Assembly (NCBI RefSeq): GCF_009914755.1
Contig: NC_060927.1
Length of the DNA: 64,000 bases
Strand: one strand, 5' to 3'
From: the human T2T-CHM13v2.0 reference genome, Homo sapiens
In this document: positions 1-12,864 of the stretch, piece by piece
Layout of the letters: every line of letters starts with the position of its first letter
Numbering within the stretch: the first letter of the stretch is position 1
The notes under the pieces: generated by a model
The model's input: the letters and a program-made list of their open reading frames with translations, nothing else
Told to the model about the DNA's origin: nothing
Databases searched by the model: none
Translations under genes and position numbers: made by a program

Positions 1-3000
1 GAGCCTAACCCGTTAGATTTGCTCACTGGATACCCCAGAGATAAGAAAGGATGTATTTGGCCACAGTCTAAATGCTGAGATGAGAAAACCCTGCACAGTG
101 AATGTTTTGATAGGATTCATTACTTGCTCCATAAATGTCAATTTTGGATCATTGAAGTGCCCGTCCCTTGCTCTTGGCTTCTGTTTCTTCCGGCTGCTGC
201 TGCCCTCGTGCCCACCTCATCGTCATTTTCTGAAGCTTCCCCTGGCCCAGCTGGAGGATTTCACCATGGAGGGTGTCTGGCCCTGCTGGCTATAGCAACC
301 CTCACAGGCCTCTCCATTCTCTGCACTTGGCATGAGCCAAGAGCAGTGGGGCAGTGGGCCTGGGCAGCCCTTCAGTGTCAGCTAGTCCCAAGCGTTTGAT
401 TTATAGTTGGAGATTCAGAGAGAGAAGGTGGCTTACTGGGGACTGTACAGTCCCACATAAGGGCCACAGAACCAGGGTAAGAACCTAGTTGGAACCTGCT
501 TGACTATCCTCTGCCACTCTCTGGGGCTCAGATACCCTGGGGCCAAGCAAGGGCTCAGCCAGATCCAGGGGATCTACTTCTGCTTCCCCACTGCCCCTCA
601 AGGGCTTGGGATGGCGACACAACCATGCTTGGCCTCTCCAGGGATCCACACAGCAGATGTGTTGGAACCTTCTTGTCTCAGAGGGACAGCTCCATTGTGT
701 GTGTGATTTGGCAGAAAACCATGCGCAGTTGAGTGGTGGGCTTCTACATAAATGTGTGTCTGCATCTGTATGCACATCTGTGTGTGTGTGCATGTGTGCG
801 TGTGCATGAATATATGTATAAGCATGTGTATGTGTAGTGCAGCCCACAGCCAGTCTCTGAGCTCTGCTGTGCCCCATCCCAGGGTGGAGACACACAGGTG
901 TAGTTAGAGTGTAGGGGATACAATGAGCAAGTTGGGCAAGAAGGCCCAGAAGACTGGCAGAGGCTAGTGTGCCTGGCCGAGGGAGTTGACTTCACATTGA
1001 CATCAGTGGCAAACCTCATGAAGATTTTGGCAGGGAATAATGTCATGAAGCTGTTTTGGGACTTTAATGCTGAGAGCCAGCTTCCTTACAGCAGAGGGCG
1101 GGGGTTGGGGGCATGCAAGGAGATGGAAGGGGTTGCAGATAGGAGAGGTGCATTACCAGGCTCTGAGACCCTCTCCCACCTCCCCTATGCAGCCTCAGCT
1201 CCAAAGCCTTTAGCCAGCCCAGGGAACCCTTTAGATGCCTGCTTTGGAACCAAGGCCGAAAGCCCTGGCTCAAACACTGTTGGGAGTAACTGAGCCCATC
1301 TGTCTCTGGGAATGCCTCAGGGTGTTGAGGATTTGTGGGGGCAGAGGCTGGGCAGCTAGTGGACAGTTTGGTGGGCATAGGGACCCCACTCATGTAGGAT
1401 CTCACGAGGGTGGCATTTAAGTGGCTTGGAAGGAGCACTGGAGTAGGAGTCAGGTGGTAAGTCCGAGTCCTGGCCTTCCCACCTTCCTTTCTCCAGGCCT
1501 GTTTTCTCATCTGTTTAATGGGGAAAACATCCTTGCCCTATCATCTCTTTAGGAAGGTATCAGCGGCAGGTGGATCTGTGCGGGAAAGCTCTGTGGAAGT
1601 GGGGAGCTCAGGGAGGGAGAGAAAGAAGGTAGAGGTGTTGGCCTCTTCCAAGGGGAATCTCAGGGAGCTCTTGGCTCAGGGAGGCCCTCTTCTCCCATGG
1701 TAGGACCAGAGTTAGAGCCAGCGGGACCTTGGCGCTCACTGACTGAGGCTGAGTGAGCAACCTGCTGGCCTCTGGCACTAGGCAGGCACCAGCAGGGAAT
1801 GGTATCTGAGTCTTTAATGGCCAGTAGGGTGTACAGTGCCCTGGGAGATCACGGAGCTGATGGATGATCGCCTGGAGTCAGAGTGAGCTGAGCCGCCTGG
1901 AAGAGAGCCCCCTAATGTCTCTGGAAAATGGGTAGGGCAACCTGCCTCCCTCTGGGTCTGGGTCATGTGCGAGGGGCATGATGAGGCCCAGACTGAGGTG
2001 AGGGAGGACTGGCTTAACCCCAGGCCAGAATCCGTAGCTAGGTAAGAGGATTTGGGATATGCTAGGGGAAGGGAGGGGGTATGCAGGGGTGGGGGACACA
2101 CACACCCTGGATGATAGGGAAGCCAATGACCTAGGCAGGCTGCCACATCAGCTATAGGACCATGGGGCTGTCGTGAGCTGTGCCCAGCCCAGGAGAGATG
2201 GGCTTTCTCCCCAAGGCTGTGGGCCAGACATCTCCCCAGTAACCGCTAGGGCCAGTTCTGAGGCTTTGCTCTCCACTTCCCCTGACTCAGCTGGTTTGTA
2301 GTGGCTGGAGGAGGGTGGGCTGGGGGTGGACACTCAGCCTGGCACCAGCTCGTGCCCACAGCTCTGATTCCACCTCTCTAGACATGCTGCTTCCATCCGG
2401 GGGTTTCTAGGGGGCAGGGGTGGGAGCAGGTGCAGCTGTCGCCTTGCTCAGATGAGGAAGTTCTAGCCAAGGGAAGAGGGCAAAACAGTTGGCCCCTGGA
2501 ACAAGTGCCCCATCTGCCCAGTCCTATGAGGCCACTGCCCTTAGCAGCTCCGCCTCATGGGACCACTACTCACCAGGATTTGGCCCACCACTGCCTCCTT
2601 GGGGAGCCAGGGAGCTGTAGGACTTGGCTGTGCCCCAACCAGAGAGCCAGAGGCTAGACCCCCAAAATGCATCCCATTGAGAAGGTCTTCCCTGGTGTCC
2701 CTTCACGTCTGGGCTGGCCTTTTCTTTTCCTCCACTAGCAGCCAGCAGAGCCGCCCTGCCCACCTCCCTGGAAAGGTGTGAGCCATACATTTCTCCAGCC
2801 CTGCCTCTCCATCCCCGCTACCAGCCGAGAAGGGGGTGGGGCCCTTGGCACTTGGCTTCTGCCCCTTCAGATCATTCCCACCCACCTGCACAGCTTTAGA
2901 GTCTCAAGATCTCCTTGTGGCCCTTGGTTGTCTCCAAAAATCACACTTGTAGCCTCATTGGAGCCAGGCCTCTGTCTCCACCTGCTTTCCCCACCCCTAT

Positions 3001-3755
3001 CCACAGAGCCCCCGTTCCTCCCTGTCCAGCCCAGTTCCAGGAAGCTGACTGCAGGAATATCTAGGCTCTGGGTTGAAACCCTGCTGTTTGCAACTCTGGG
3101 CAAAGCTCTTCTAGGGATGCTGTCTGGAGGGAGCTGGTCAAAGACCCCTAGGGGAGGGAGAAGTGCCTGTCTTTACCATGTGGGTCTATGGGTCTGGGGA
3201 TCAGTAGCTTGGAGTAAAACCTGTGAGCCTATGGCAGGGGGAAGATCTCTCCCTCCACTCAGACTCTCCACCTGGGCAGTGGGAGTAGCCCCAGCACATT
3301 CCAGCCAGCCGCCAACCCCCCTGCTAGCACAGGCACTTGTGAGGGTCACAGTCCCCTGGACGGTGCCGCTGCTGGCACCCAGCAACCCCATAGCAGCAGC
3401 CCAGTCAGAGTCAGGGTCAGAGCCCTGGACTCCAGGACTGGGCATACACTGTTCCAGGCAGCCCAGCCCCCGCCCACCCTCTCAGGTCCCCCTGAGGGTC
3501 TCTCTCAGCCCAGGGCCACCCACAGAAGCCAGGCACCCAGGCAGGAACGGAGCCTGCCAGCTCCCGGCCAGCCTTGTCCCTCTCGGCTAACTGGCCACCC
3601 CTCTGCCTCCCACTCCTGCTGACCCCCGGGGGACCTGAAGCTGGCAGTCCACTGCTGCTCCCCACTGCCTGGGGCAGAGAAGCATTCTCCCCATCTGCCT
3701 GCCCCCCAGGGCTCCGGCCACCCCATGCCTGTGTCCCCAGATCCCCAAGGCTCAC

Positions 3756-3970
3756 CTCAGTGGCGCTGTCTCCTCACCAGAGGCACTGCAGTGTGGGAAC
3801 TGTCCCGAGGAGCTGGTTCTCAGCTGAAACAAAGAGGTGGGGGAGAAAGGGGGGGCAGCGGGAGAGGGAGAGGGTGAGTGAGCGGGCGAAGGAGTGGAGG
3901 CTGGAGGGGGAAGAGAAGGGAGAGGATGAGAGAGAAGAGGAGAGGGGAGGGGAGAACAACGAGCCTGCCG
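3756..3970 (-). ncRNA. Possible first exon of a minus-strand lncRNA (GLYCTK-AS1 / miR-135a-1 host-like); boundaries uncertain
   Basis: Minus-strand donor CTGAG|GTGAGC at 3756/3755 beside a locally CpG-containing purine tract. Identity rests only on my recollection of gene order upstream of DNAH1. Confidence 0.3.
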
Positions 3971-5660
3971 CCCACCGAGAGATAAAGCCTGACACCCAGG
4001 GACTAAAGGGCCAGTAGAGGAGGGGAGAGGAAATGGGGAGGGGGCAGGGGAGGTGAGGGGCCAGACTGAGAGTGGGGAGACTGTTAGAGGGGCGGGAGAG
4101 CAGGGACAGGGTGAGGAGGTAGAGGGCAAGTGAGGGGCGTGGGCAGGAGAGGAGCAGGGTGAAAGGCAGGTTGCAGGGGGCTGGTGGCTGATGGCTGAGC
4201 TGGGCAGAGGGGCCCCACCCCGTCCCATGCCAGGCTCTGGACTCAGGGGAGACCAGTAGGACTTGAATGGCAGAAGGCCATGCATGAAGGGGACTGGCAG
4301 GGAGGGGAACCTGCCAGCCGTTGGGTAAGGGGCTGGGCTGGTGGGCTGGCTGGGAGGACTGCGGCCAGTGGCAAGGCAACAAAGACGTGAAAAGAAACAA
4401 CGGCATCTGAATGGAGGAATCGGCTTCTGCTGACCCCTGGGTGCCCCAGCCCTGAGCATCCCAGCCAGAGCTTCCTGGAGTGGGGGTGGGGGGCAGATAC
4501 ACTCTGGGGCGGTCCAGGCTCTGAAGTGGCGGCCTGAGGTGGAGAGGAGAGGACATGGGCTGTGAGGCCAGGCAGGGGTCCCAGTCATTCTTTGAGGGCT
4601 CAGAACAACCGGGACACACACCATGATTGACCACACATGAGGATGCTGGTGTCACTGTCTTTTCGGGAAGGGGATGGTTGATGGGGCCTATCCTGTGACT
4701 GAGAACTGGGTAGGGGAAGCCCCCTCTTAGGGAGAGTGTGTGCCCTGCCTCCATCCCAGGGAGGAGGGCAGGGTAGGGAGCACAGGGAGGGAGGAGAGAA
4801 GTGGGGATCAAAGAGGTAGGGAAGCAGGGGAGAGAGAGCGGGTGGGGGGAAGGAGGCTGCAAAGGGTGGGCACGGAGCTGCAAGACCGCCGAACCAGAGG
4901 CTCCCACTCCACACCCCACAATTCTCAGGCTGCCTAATGCCGAGCTAATGAAGGATGAAATAATGAGCCACTTCCCTGCTGCTGCCCTCCTGCTGCCAAG
5001 TGCTGCTGTGACAGGCAAGGGCACTGCCTGGGGAAGTCAGCTCGGTGAGTCTGTGTGAGCGTTCGTTCACTGGGAGGGAGGACAGGATGGCCTTGAGCAG
5101 GGCCGTCCCAACCCTCTCACCCCACCAGGCACAGCCCCCGGGCCAGTTCAGCCTCCTCTTACACTCAAAGGCACAGAAGTTCCAGCCACCCTCCCACACC
5201 TTGTGACCAAGGGAAGTTCCCTTTCTTATCTCAGACTCCCAGAGCACGTTATTTGGAGAGTAGGAGAAGGGGAGGGAGCGAGGGCTTGCCTAAAGCTGTG
5301 ACAGGGAGACTCCCAGAGAGTCAGCCCCTGAGTGCCACCCTCCATACAAGGGTCAGAGGTGTGTGCCCCTTAGACCCTGCCTCCCCAAGCCGTTATCACC
5401 ACCTCAGGGAATCCCTCCTGGCCCCACCCAGCAGGGGTACAGTGACTTGGCTGCCACTTGTCCAGCTGTCTCTTCTTATAGCCTAGAGCTCGGAGAAGGG
5501 AAAGGACCTTCCTTCCTTCTTTCTTTCCTTATTCTTCTTTATTTTTTATTTATAAATGATTTCAAACTTACAGAAAAGTTGCCAGAATAGTGATAGTACA
5601 AAAGACACACGTGCTCTTTTGGGGATATGTTCAACTACTGTGAATATTGTGCTCCGTTTG

Positions 5661-5663
<3 letters not shown>

Positions 5664-5708
<45 letters not shown>
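5664..5708. repeat. (TG)22 microsatellite
   Basis: direct read. Confidence 0.95.
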
Positions 5709-5711
<3 letters not shown>

Positions 5712-6472
5712 GACATACATATTTTCTTTCTTACTCATTTGAGTAAGTTGCAGACATTTGAAAGGATTGCTTCCTATCTGTCTCTGTCTCTGGAGCCAGC
5801 CCACGGGATCCCAGACCACATTATGTGGAATGAATGAAGGCCTGGGACAGGCAAGGAATGAGCAGATGTCACCTACTGGGAGCTTGAGATCTGGGGACTG
5901 ACCAAGGCCACCTTAGGAATTGGGCCAGCCCAGGGCTTGAGGTGGGGTAGGGGGCTGTGCTGGGCCTGGGGTCCTGGGAAGCAAGTGAGCAAGCGGGGAG
6001 GGAGCCATTGCCCACCAAAGCGAGCATGTGGTGTTTCCCGGGTGTGGAGCTGCAGCATATGTTTGTGGAGATGGTGGCAGGCAGGCAGGCGGGGTGGAGC
6101 TGGGAGAGCGGGATGGCCGTGCTGTGGCACCTGGCACACTTGGGAGACTGTGTGCTGTTGGGCCCTAAGTGATATGAGAGGACCCAGCTGTTGGAGGCCC
6201 CAGCCCCACCACCTGCCTTTGGGACTCTCCCTACAGCTCCGTGAGGACAGGGCAGGGATGGAGTCCACCTGACCAGCTGGTCTGTGCTGATCTGCTCGGA
6301 AGGGGCATGATGGGGCTCCAGCCCTACTGAGGCTTCCATACCGGTCCCTGACACAGGGCTGCGTTCTTTCTGCACCCCCAGTACCCCCAAGTAGGTTGGA
6401 GTCCCATCCGGAGACCCTCCTTCAGATGGCTGTTCTCATTCCTCCCAACTCCCACCCAAAGGTCATGGTTAA

Positions 6473-7104
<632 letters not shown>

Positions 7105-10100
7105 GTTTGGTATTATTTAGAAATCACACCTTGGAGATGACCTGAGTTCTAATGCAGTGATATTCTCTCTCCCTTGTAAGTGAAGTCCCCCTCCTTCAGA
7201 AAGCCCTCCAGACCTCCTCAGAGCATCCCTCCTCAGATGCCTTCCTGGAAATGCCAGCCTTGTTTGTCCTTTTGCTAGTTTACTTGGGTGCTATGCCTAG
7301 GAACTGGGGCTCTGCTCAGTCATCAGCCATTTTTCCTCCTGCTGCCCCAGGTCAGGCACATAACTGGCATCCATAGATGACTGAACACTGGGCTCCTCTG
7401 GTGTCCCCGTGCCCAGTATGTCTGAAAGGCCACAGGCCCTGGGCTGGCTGAGGGGAAGGACAGCAAGGGGGCCCACATCAAAAGAGGAAAGGGCTTATTC
7501 AAGACCACCAGCCTGTCGAGGTCAAGTCAGGCCTTTGACCTGGGTCTCTGACCACTTGGTCAACGCCTTCTGCATCCTCCCCTGCAGCACAGGCACACCA
7601 GTCTTGGGCTGTGGTCAGGGGCCCTCGCTGACGCCCACTGGATGACCCCAGGGAGGGGCGGGCCCCCACCCTCCTCTATTACCTCCAGCCCACCCAAGTG
7701 AAGCCCAGGGGACACCAGTGCCCATCCCCCTGAAGAGATTTCAGCCAATTAGCACGTACAGTATTTACTTAATTAGGGTAATGACATAATTAGTGTAACT
7801 CGGGCTCCATCACATGGCTTCAACATGCAATTAGGAGCTGTCAGCGGGAGGCGACATTGTGAGAGCGCTCATTCAATTTTGGTTCCAGCATGGAGGCCTA
7901 GCAGCTGCCTCTGCTTGGAGGGAGGGAGATGGGTGGATGGTGGCGGCTGCTGTGTGTGTGAGGTGACTGCAGGCAGCCCATAGCCTAGGAGAGAAGAGTA
8001 AGTGGGGACAGAAAGGCAGTTTCCTGGGCTAATGGAGTCCCTGACTGAGCCTACTCACATCCTCAACAGACATTGCCACCCTTGACCCCAGCCCCAGGGC
8101 AAGGCAGAGGCGGTGGCTTGGCTGGAGTGTCTGCGATTAGGGGGCTGAGCACTGCAGGCTCCTCTGCCCCCAAGTTCTCTGCCTGAAATGCCACCATTAG
8201 CAGGCTGTCTTGTCTCTCTTTAGGGCTTTGCTGTTCATAAGAGCCACCATCTGATACCCACTGGCCAGTAGGCTATTCTTCGTGGCCCCAGGAGGCCACA
8301 GACTGGCAGGACTGGGATGATCCCTGTTATCCTCATTGGATTCATGGGGAAAGTGGGGCTTAGGTCAAGGAAGGTGGTAGAGCCAGTCATGGCAGTGCCA
8401 ACCCCAAGAGGGAGCCTGTTATGGCTGGAGACTCCCCAAGCCTGGGCATATTCCCCCTCACCCCCAAGGAGGTCTCCTGCCCAATGGCCTCTTTCCCTTG
8501 GAAGGAGTGGGGCTGCCTTTGGAGTTACTGAGGTGGTCCCCAGGCTCCTGGCTCCCTCAGCCTTTCCTCCACCTTATACAGGGCTAGGAGGCAGAGCCCT
8601 GACTCTGTCCACAGCCTTCCCCTCGGTGAACCTCAGCGAACCTCACAGCTTTCTTGAGTGGGGGCCATTGCGGGGAGGAAGGGAAGAAAGGAAGATGGGA
8701 GTCAGTGCCACCATTGTGCGGGTAGGGAAACTGAGGCTCCAGGGCCTTCAAGGAGGTGCTGTTAGAACCGATATCAGCCCCTAGCAACCCTACTTCTGGC
8801 CCAGCAGGATGACCTGGGCTGAACTTCTCCCTTGGGTCTGTTTCCTCTTGTCAAAGGAGAGAGTTTACACTGCATGATCTCAGACATCCTGGGCCTATCC
8901 AGAGCCCCCTGGGAGGTGGGACCCAAGGAACTTGCCATCCCTCTTCCCTCCTTCCAGATTATGTCCTCAGAGCTGTCCCTTCCCTTTGTGACCTGCCCCT
9001 TTCTGGGTTAGCCCCATTGCATAAATGAAACAGATGAAGGTCCCTGGCTGCAGAGAAGGGAATCCATTTCCTAGGCCCTGTGATCTCACTTGATCCCTGT
9101 GCTCAGCCTGCAGTGCTGGAACCACAGCCTTCTTAGAGGCTAGACTGGTGTTTAAAACCCCTCAACTCCCTGCTTCCACCTCAATAGCAATTCAGGTGAA
9201 GTCACCAATGCTAGGTTTACAACGCACTTCATGCTTCCATCTCATGGGCGTCACCTACATCCTGCTAAATGACAACAATGTCTCTGCCTCTTAGGTGGAT
9301 AAACCAAGGCAGCAAGACCCAGTAAAGGACAGCACCAAGTCCCAAACCCCGGCTTTGGTCCTTGCAGGTTAGTGACTCCCCTCACACTGAGCGTCCTCAA
9401 GTCTGTCCTGCCCTGACCGCATGGCTCTAGATCTAGGATCCAGGGTGGGAGGGGCTCTGATGAGACCAGGGTTCAGCCAGCTGGGAATACTGCTGGTAAG
9501 ATCGGGTACCACTGAGTGGGAAGGTCTGGGATGACACCCAGAGTCCAGGCCTTCTAGATGGGAGACAGAGATTCTCCAGTTCAGAAGGGCAGAGGGTCTA
9601 GCCTGGACAAAGGGAATTGCCAGTCAGAACTGTCTCCAGGGGCCTAGCCCCTCAGGCAGGGCACAGGTGGGGTGGGCGCACAGATGGCTGGTGGGCAGCT
9701 CTGGTTACAGGCAATAGTCACAACAAGACTAAAATCCCCTTATTTCTATGAACGCTGGGGCATAAGCTGTGAGATGGCACAGTGAAGATCCACTGGCAGA
9801 GGCCAGTGCTGCCAGGAGGAGAGAGGAGCCCACTCTCACCTCTCAGAGGAGGTGGGGGCTGTGGCCAGAGGGCCAGAAGGTCCTGAGCACCAAGCCATCT
9901 GGCCTGGTGCCCCTGGACTTTTCAGCCTCAGGAAAGAGGCCCTTTCAAGCCAAGGAGGTGAGGACTAGCACAGGAGGGGAGCCTGAGGCCAAGGAAGAAA
10001 TGGCATAGCCATAGTCATAGGGGAATGCTGGCTGGTGGGAGGATCCTGAATTGTCTGTGTTAGGACTGGTCCTCCTGGGGCTGGGTAGAGCTGGAGGCAG

Positions 10101-10429
10101 CCTCTCTTCACTTGGGCTAGCTGCCTAGGCTCATACTCAGACCTGGCCACATCCTCAGCCCTGAGATGGGACCTACAGCTGGGGGACCTCATGTACCTAC
10201 CCACCCTCCTTCCTTCATCAAATGTTTGCTATGTGCTGACTCTAGGCCAGCCACCTTGGGATTGGCTACTGGGGCAGGAATGGGGAGCAATGAGCAGGCA
10301 GAGATGAAGGCCAGCACCTCCAGAGGCTCATGTCCTTAGAGTCCAGACAGACACAGGCCCAAGGAGTTCTCTCCAAAGAGTAGGCAGAGATAAATCTCAG
10401 GAAGAGCCAAGGCCAAGGGCCAAGTCAAG

Positions 10430-11640
10430 CTCACTAGTTCAAACAGGTGGTGGTCCCCACCCACTCCCTCACTGGTCAGAAGTCTGGGGGCAGGCCAGAT
10501 TTCCGTTGGCAAATGATAGGAAAAGGGCATTCCAGGTGGTTGGACCGTGTGAGCAGAGGCTGGGGGCCAGGACGTAGGATTCAAGAATACTATGCTCTGG
10601 CCTGAGGTATTTGGGTGGGCTCTGGGCAGCTCAAGGAAGGGGCTGGGGACTCTAATCACTTGTGAAAAAGTCAAGGCATTCCTCTAACACCCATTTAGCA
10701 AAAAGTTCCTACAGTGTGCCAGGCATGTGGTTTATAGGTTGGGGATTCAGTAGGGATCAAAACAGATGACGTTCAAGGGAGACAGAGACACAGCATTTTC
10801 AGATGCTAACAGGTACCACGGAGAAGATTCTAACATGGTGATCTAGGAGGCGATCTAACAGGGCTAGGGCCTAGGAGGAGACTTTAGGGCGTGGGGCCAG
10901 AGAAGGCTGCAATGATGTTTAAGCCAAGATCTGAGTGATCCAAAGGTCAGGGGGAAGAGCATTCCAGGCAGAAGGAGTAGGCAGTGTAGAGGCCCTGAGG
11001 CCTGTGAGGTCCTGAAGGGCAGCCCACGTCAATGGGGCAAGGAGAAGGGAAAGGAGGTGGATGGGACCAGCGAGGCAGGTGGGGCTCTGTCGGTTGGGCT
11101 AAGGCCTGTGGACTTTATTCTAAGTGCCATGGGAAGTCATTGGATTTTGAACTAGGGAGTGGTTTTTTCCCTTAAATCACTGTGACAGCCTCATGGAGAC
11201 CAGATTGTGGAGGCTCCATGAAGACCAAGGGAGACACTGTCGAGATGAGAGAGGATGGTGGCCAGGATTGGGTGCTTGCTGGGAGGTGGTGGGAAGCTGG
11301 CATTTGGGGATGTTATTTGGAGGCAGAGCCAACAGGACTTCAGGAAGGGTTGGCTGTAGGGTGTGAGAGAGGGTTGTCCAGGGCAGTTCTTCAGTTTCTG
11401 GCTTAAGCACATGAGCAAATGGCATGGCCATTTTCAGAAGAGGGGGATGCTGGGAAAAGCAGACCAGGGAGAGGGAAATCAAGGGTTCTGGGTTGTCTGT
11501 GTTAGGACTGGGACTCCTGGGGCTGGATAGGGCTGGAGGTGCCAAGGGAAACAGTTGTCAGATATAAGCCTAGAGTTCCAGAGAGGGGGTTGCCCCAGAG
11601 ATTGATCCATCTTTAGCATAGAGATGTATTTTGCTTACAC
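10430..11640 (+). mobile_element. Decayed L2 fragments (approximate)
   Basis: L2 3' motifs (gcattccaggcagaagg, ggactttattctaagtg, gatgttatttggaggcagagccaacagg). Confidence 0.6.
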
Positions 11641-12819
11641 AAGGGACAGGGTACCCCTCCAGCCCCAGGAACCCAGAGATTCAAATGAGCCATTGATCTG
11701 GAGCCATTGATCAATGAGCCATTGATCTGGAGGCCCCAGCAGGGTCAAGGCCAGCAGGGGCCAGCAGGGAAGGACCCTGCTCTTGAAGCCTCCCCCATAT
11801 CTGTCTAGTGAACCAAGACCACCTCACCCCACCCCAAAGCTAGAGAAGTTGATGATGTAAACTTGGCTTTCAGGAGCCAAGGCCCAACTGGGGGTGGAAG
11901 GTGCTGCCGTAGGGACCCTGGAGGCCAGCTGTCTAAGTGATCCTCTGCTTATCCTAGCCTGGCCTGGCCTGGTGTGAAAGAGTCTAGACTCCACCCTGAC
12001 AGGACCCCGTCATGGCTTAAAGTGCTCCTTCAAAGGGCCTGAGAGCCATTCACGTCCATTGCCACCAGTTAGCTGTGTGTCCTCAGGCAAGCCCTTCATC
12101 TCTCTGTGCCTTCCCATTATAGGCAGTTGGAAGAGTAACTCTCTGAGCCCATGTCCTCCCCTGTCAGAGGTCTGTGAATGCAAAAGCTAGCCAGGTCATG
12201 CCTGTTACACCCCCAACTGAGCAAAGTGTGGCTTCAGCCCCAGCTCAGACGGGGCAGTGGGAATGATGGGAGGCTGGAGCTGGGTGGGCTGCTGTTCTTG
12301 CAGCGTGGCCCGTGGCCCCTGCCTCACCCATCCTCCTGTGATTCTCAGCTCTTTGGGGCCCGCCCCAGGCAGACAGGCATCACCTCCTGAGTGTCTCTTC
12401 TTCAGGGAGAGGAGGTGGTTGCCACCGCCACCGCCAAAGCCATCCTCCGGGTCCTGTGCTCCTCCATGCCAAGCACATTAGGGGATAATTAAGTAAAAAT
12501 AGGCATTCCGACCAGTGTAGCTCATTAAGGCCTAATTAAGTTAATTAGTTCCAGGTGTGGATGGCGAGGCTCAAGTGAGGCGGCGGCTGTTGTTTGCTGT
12601 AATTGCATTTTCGCAGCAGCAGTGATGGTGACAGTAATGGTGTGGCAGAGACAGCGGCTTTCTCTGAGGCCTGGAAGCCCGCCAGGAAGTTCAGGAGGCT
12701 GTCGCTGAGCTGGGAGGGGTACGAGGAAGCCAGGGGCCACACAGAGAGAGTGGTGACTGGAGGTTCAAGGTCTCCCAGGCCCAGGGAGGCCCTGCTCCGT
12801 CTCTGTGTGGGGGAGGTTT

Positions 12820-12827
<8 letters not shown>

Positions 12828-12863
<36 letters not shown>
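12828..12863. repeat. (TG)18 microsatellite
   Basis: direct read. Confidence 0.95.

Positions 12864-12864
<1 letters not shown>

Noticed and set aside
1-2000. MIR135A1 hairpin or GLYCTK coding exons expected near here
   Set aside because: I could not find the miR-135a mature sequence (TATGGCTTTTTATTCCTATGTGA) on either strand, nor any glycerate kinase frame; they probably lie just upstream of the window.
2778-3590. 270-aa plus-strand ORF
   Set aside because: Non-ATG start, GC-rich chance ORF composition, no family resemblance.
3752-5024. Long minus-strand ORFs (416 aa and 294 aa)
   Set aside because: Low-complexity Pro/Ser/Leu translations of a purine-biased tract that is naturally poor in stop codons; no recognisable domain.
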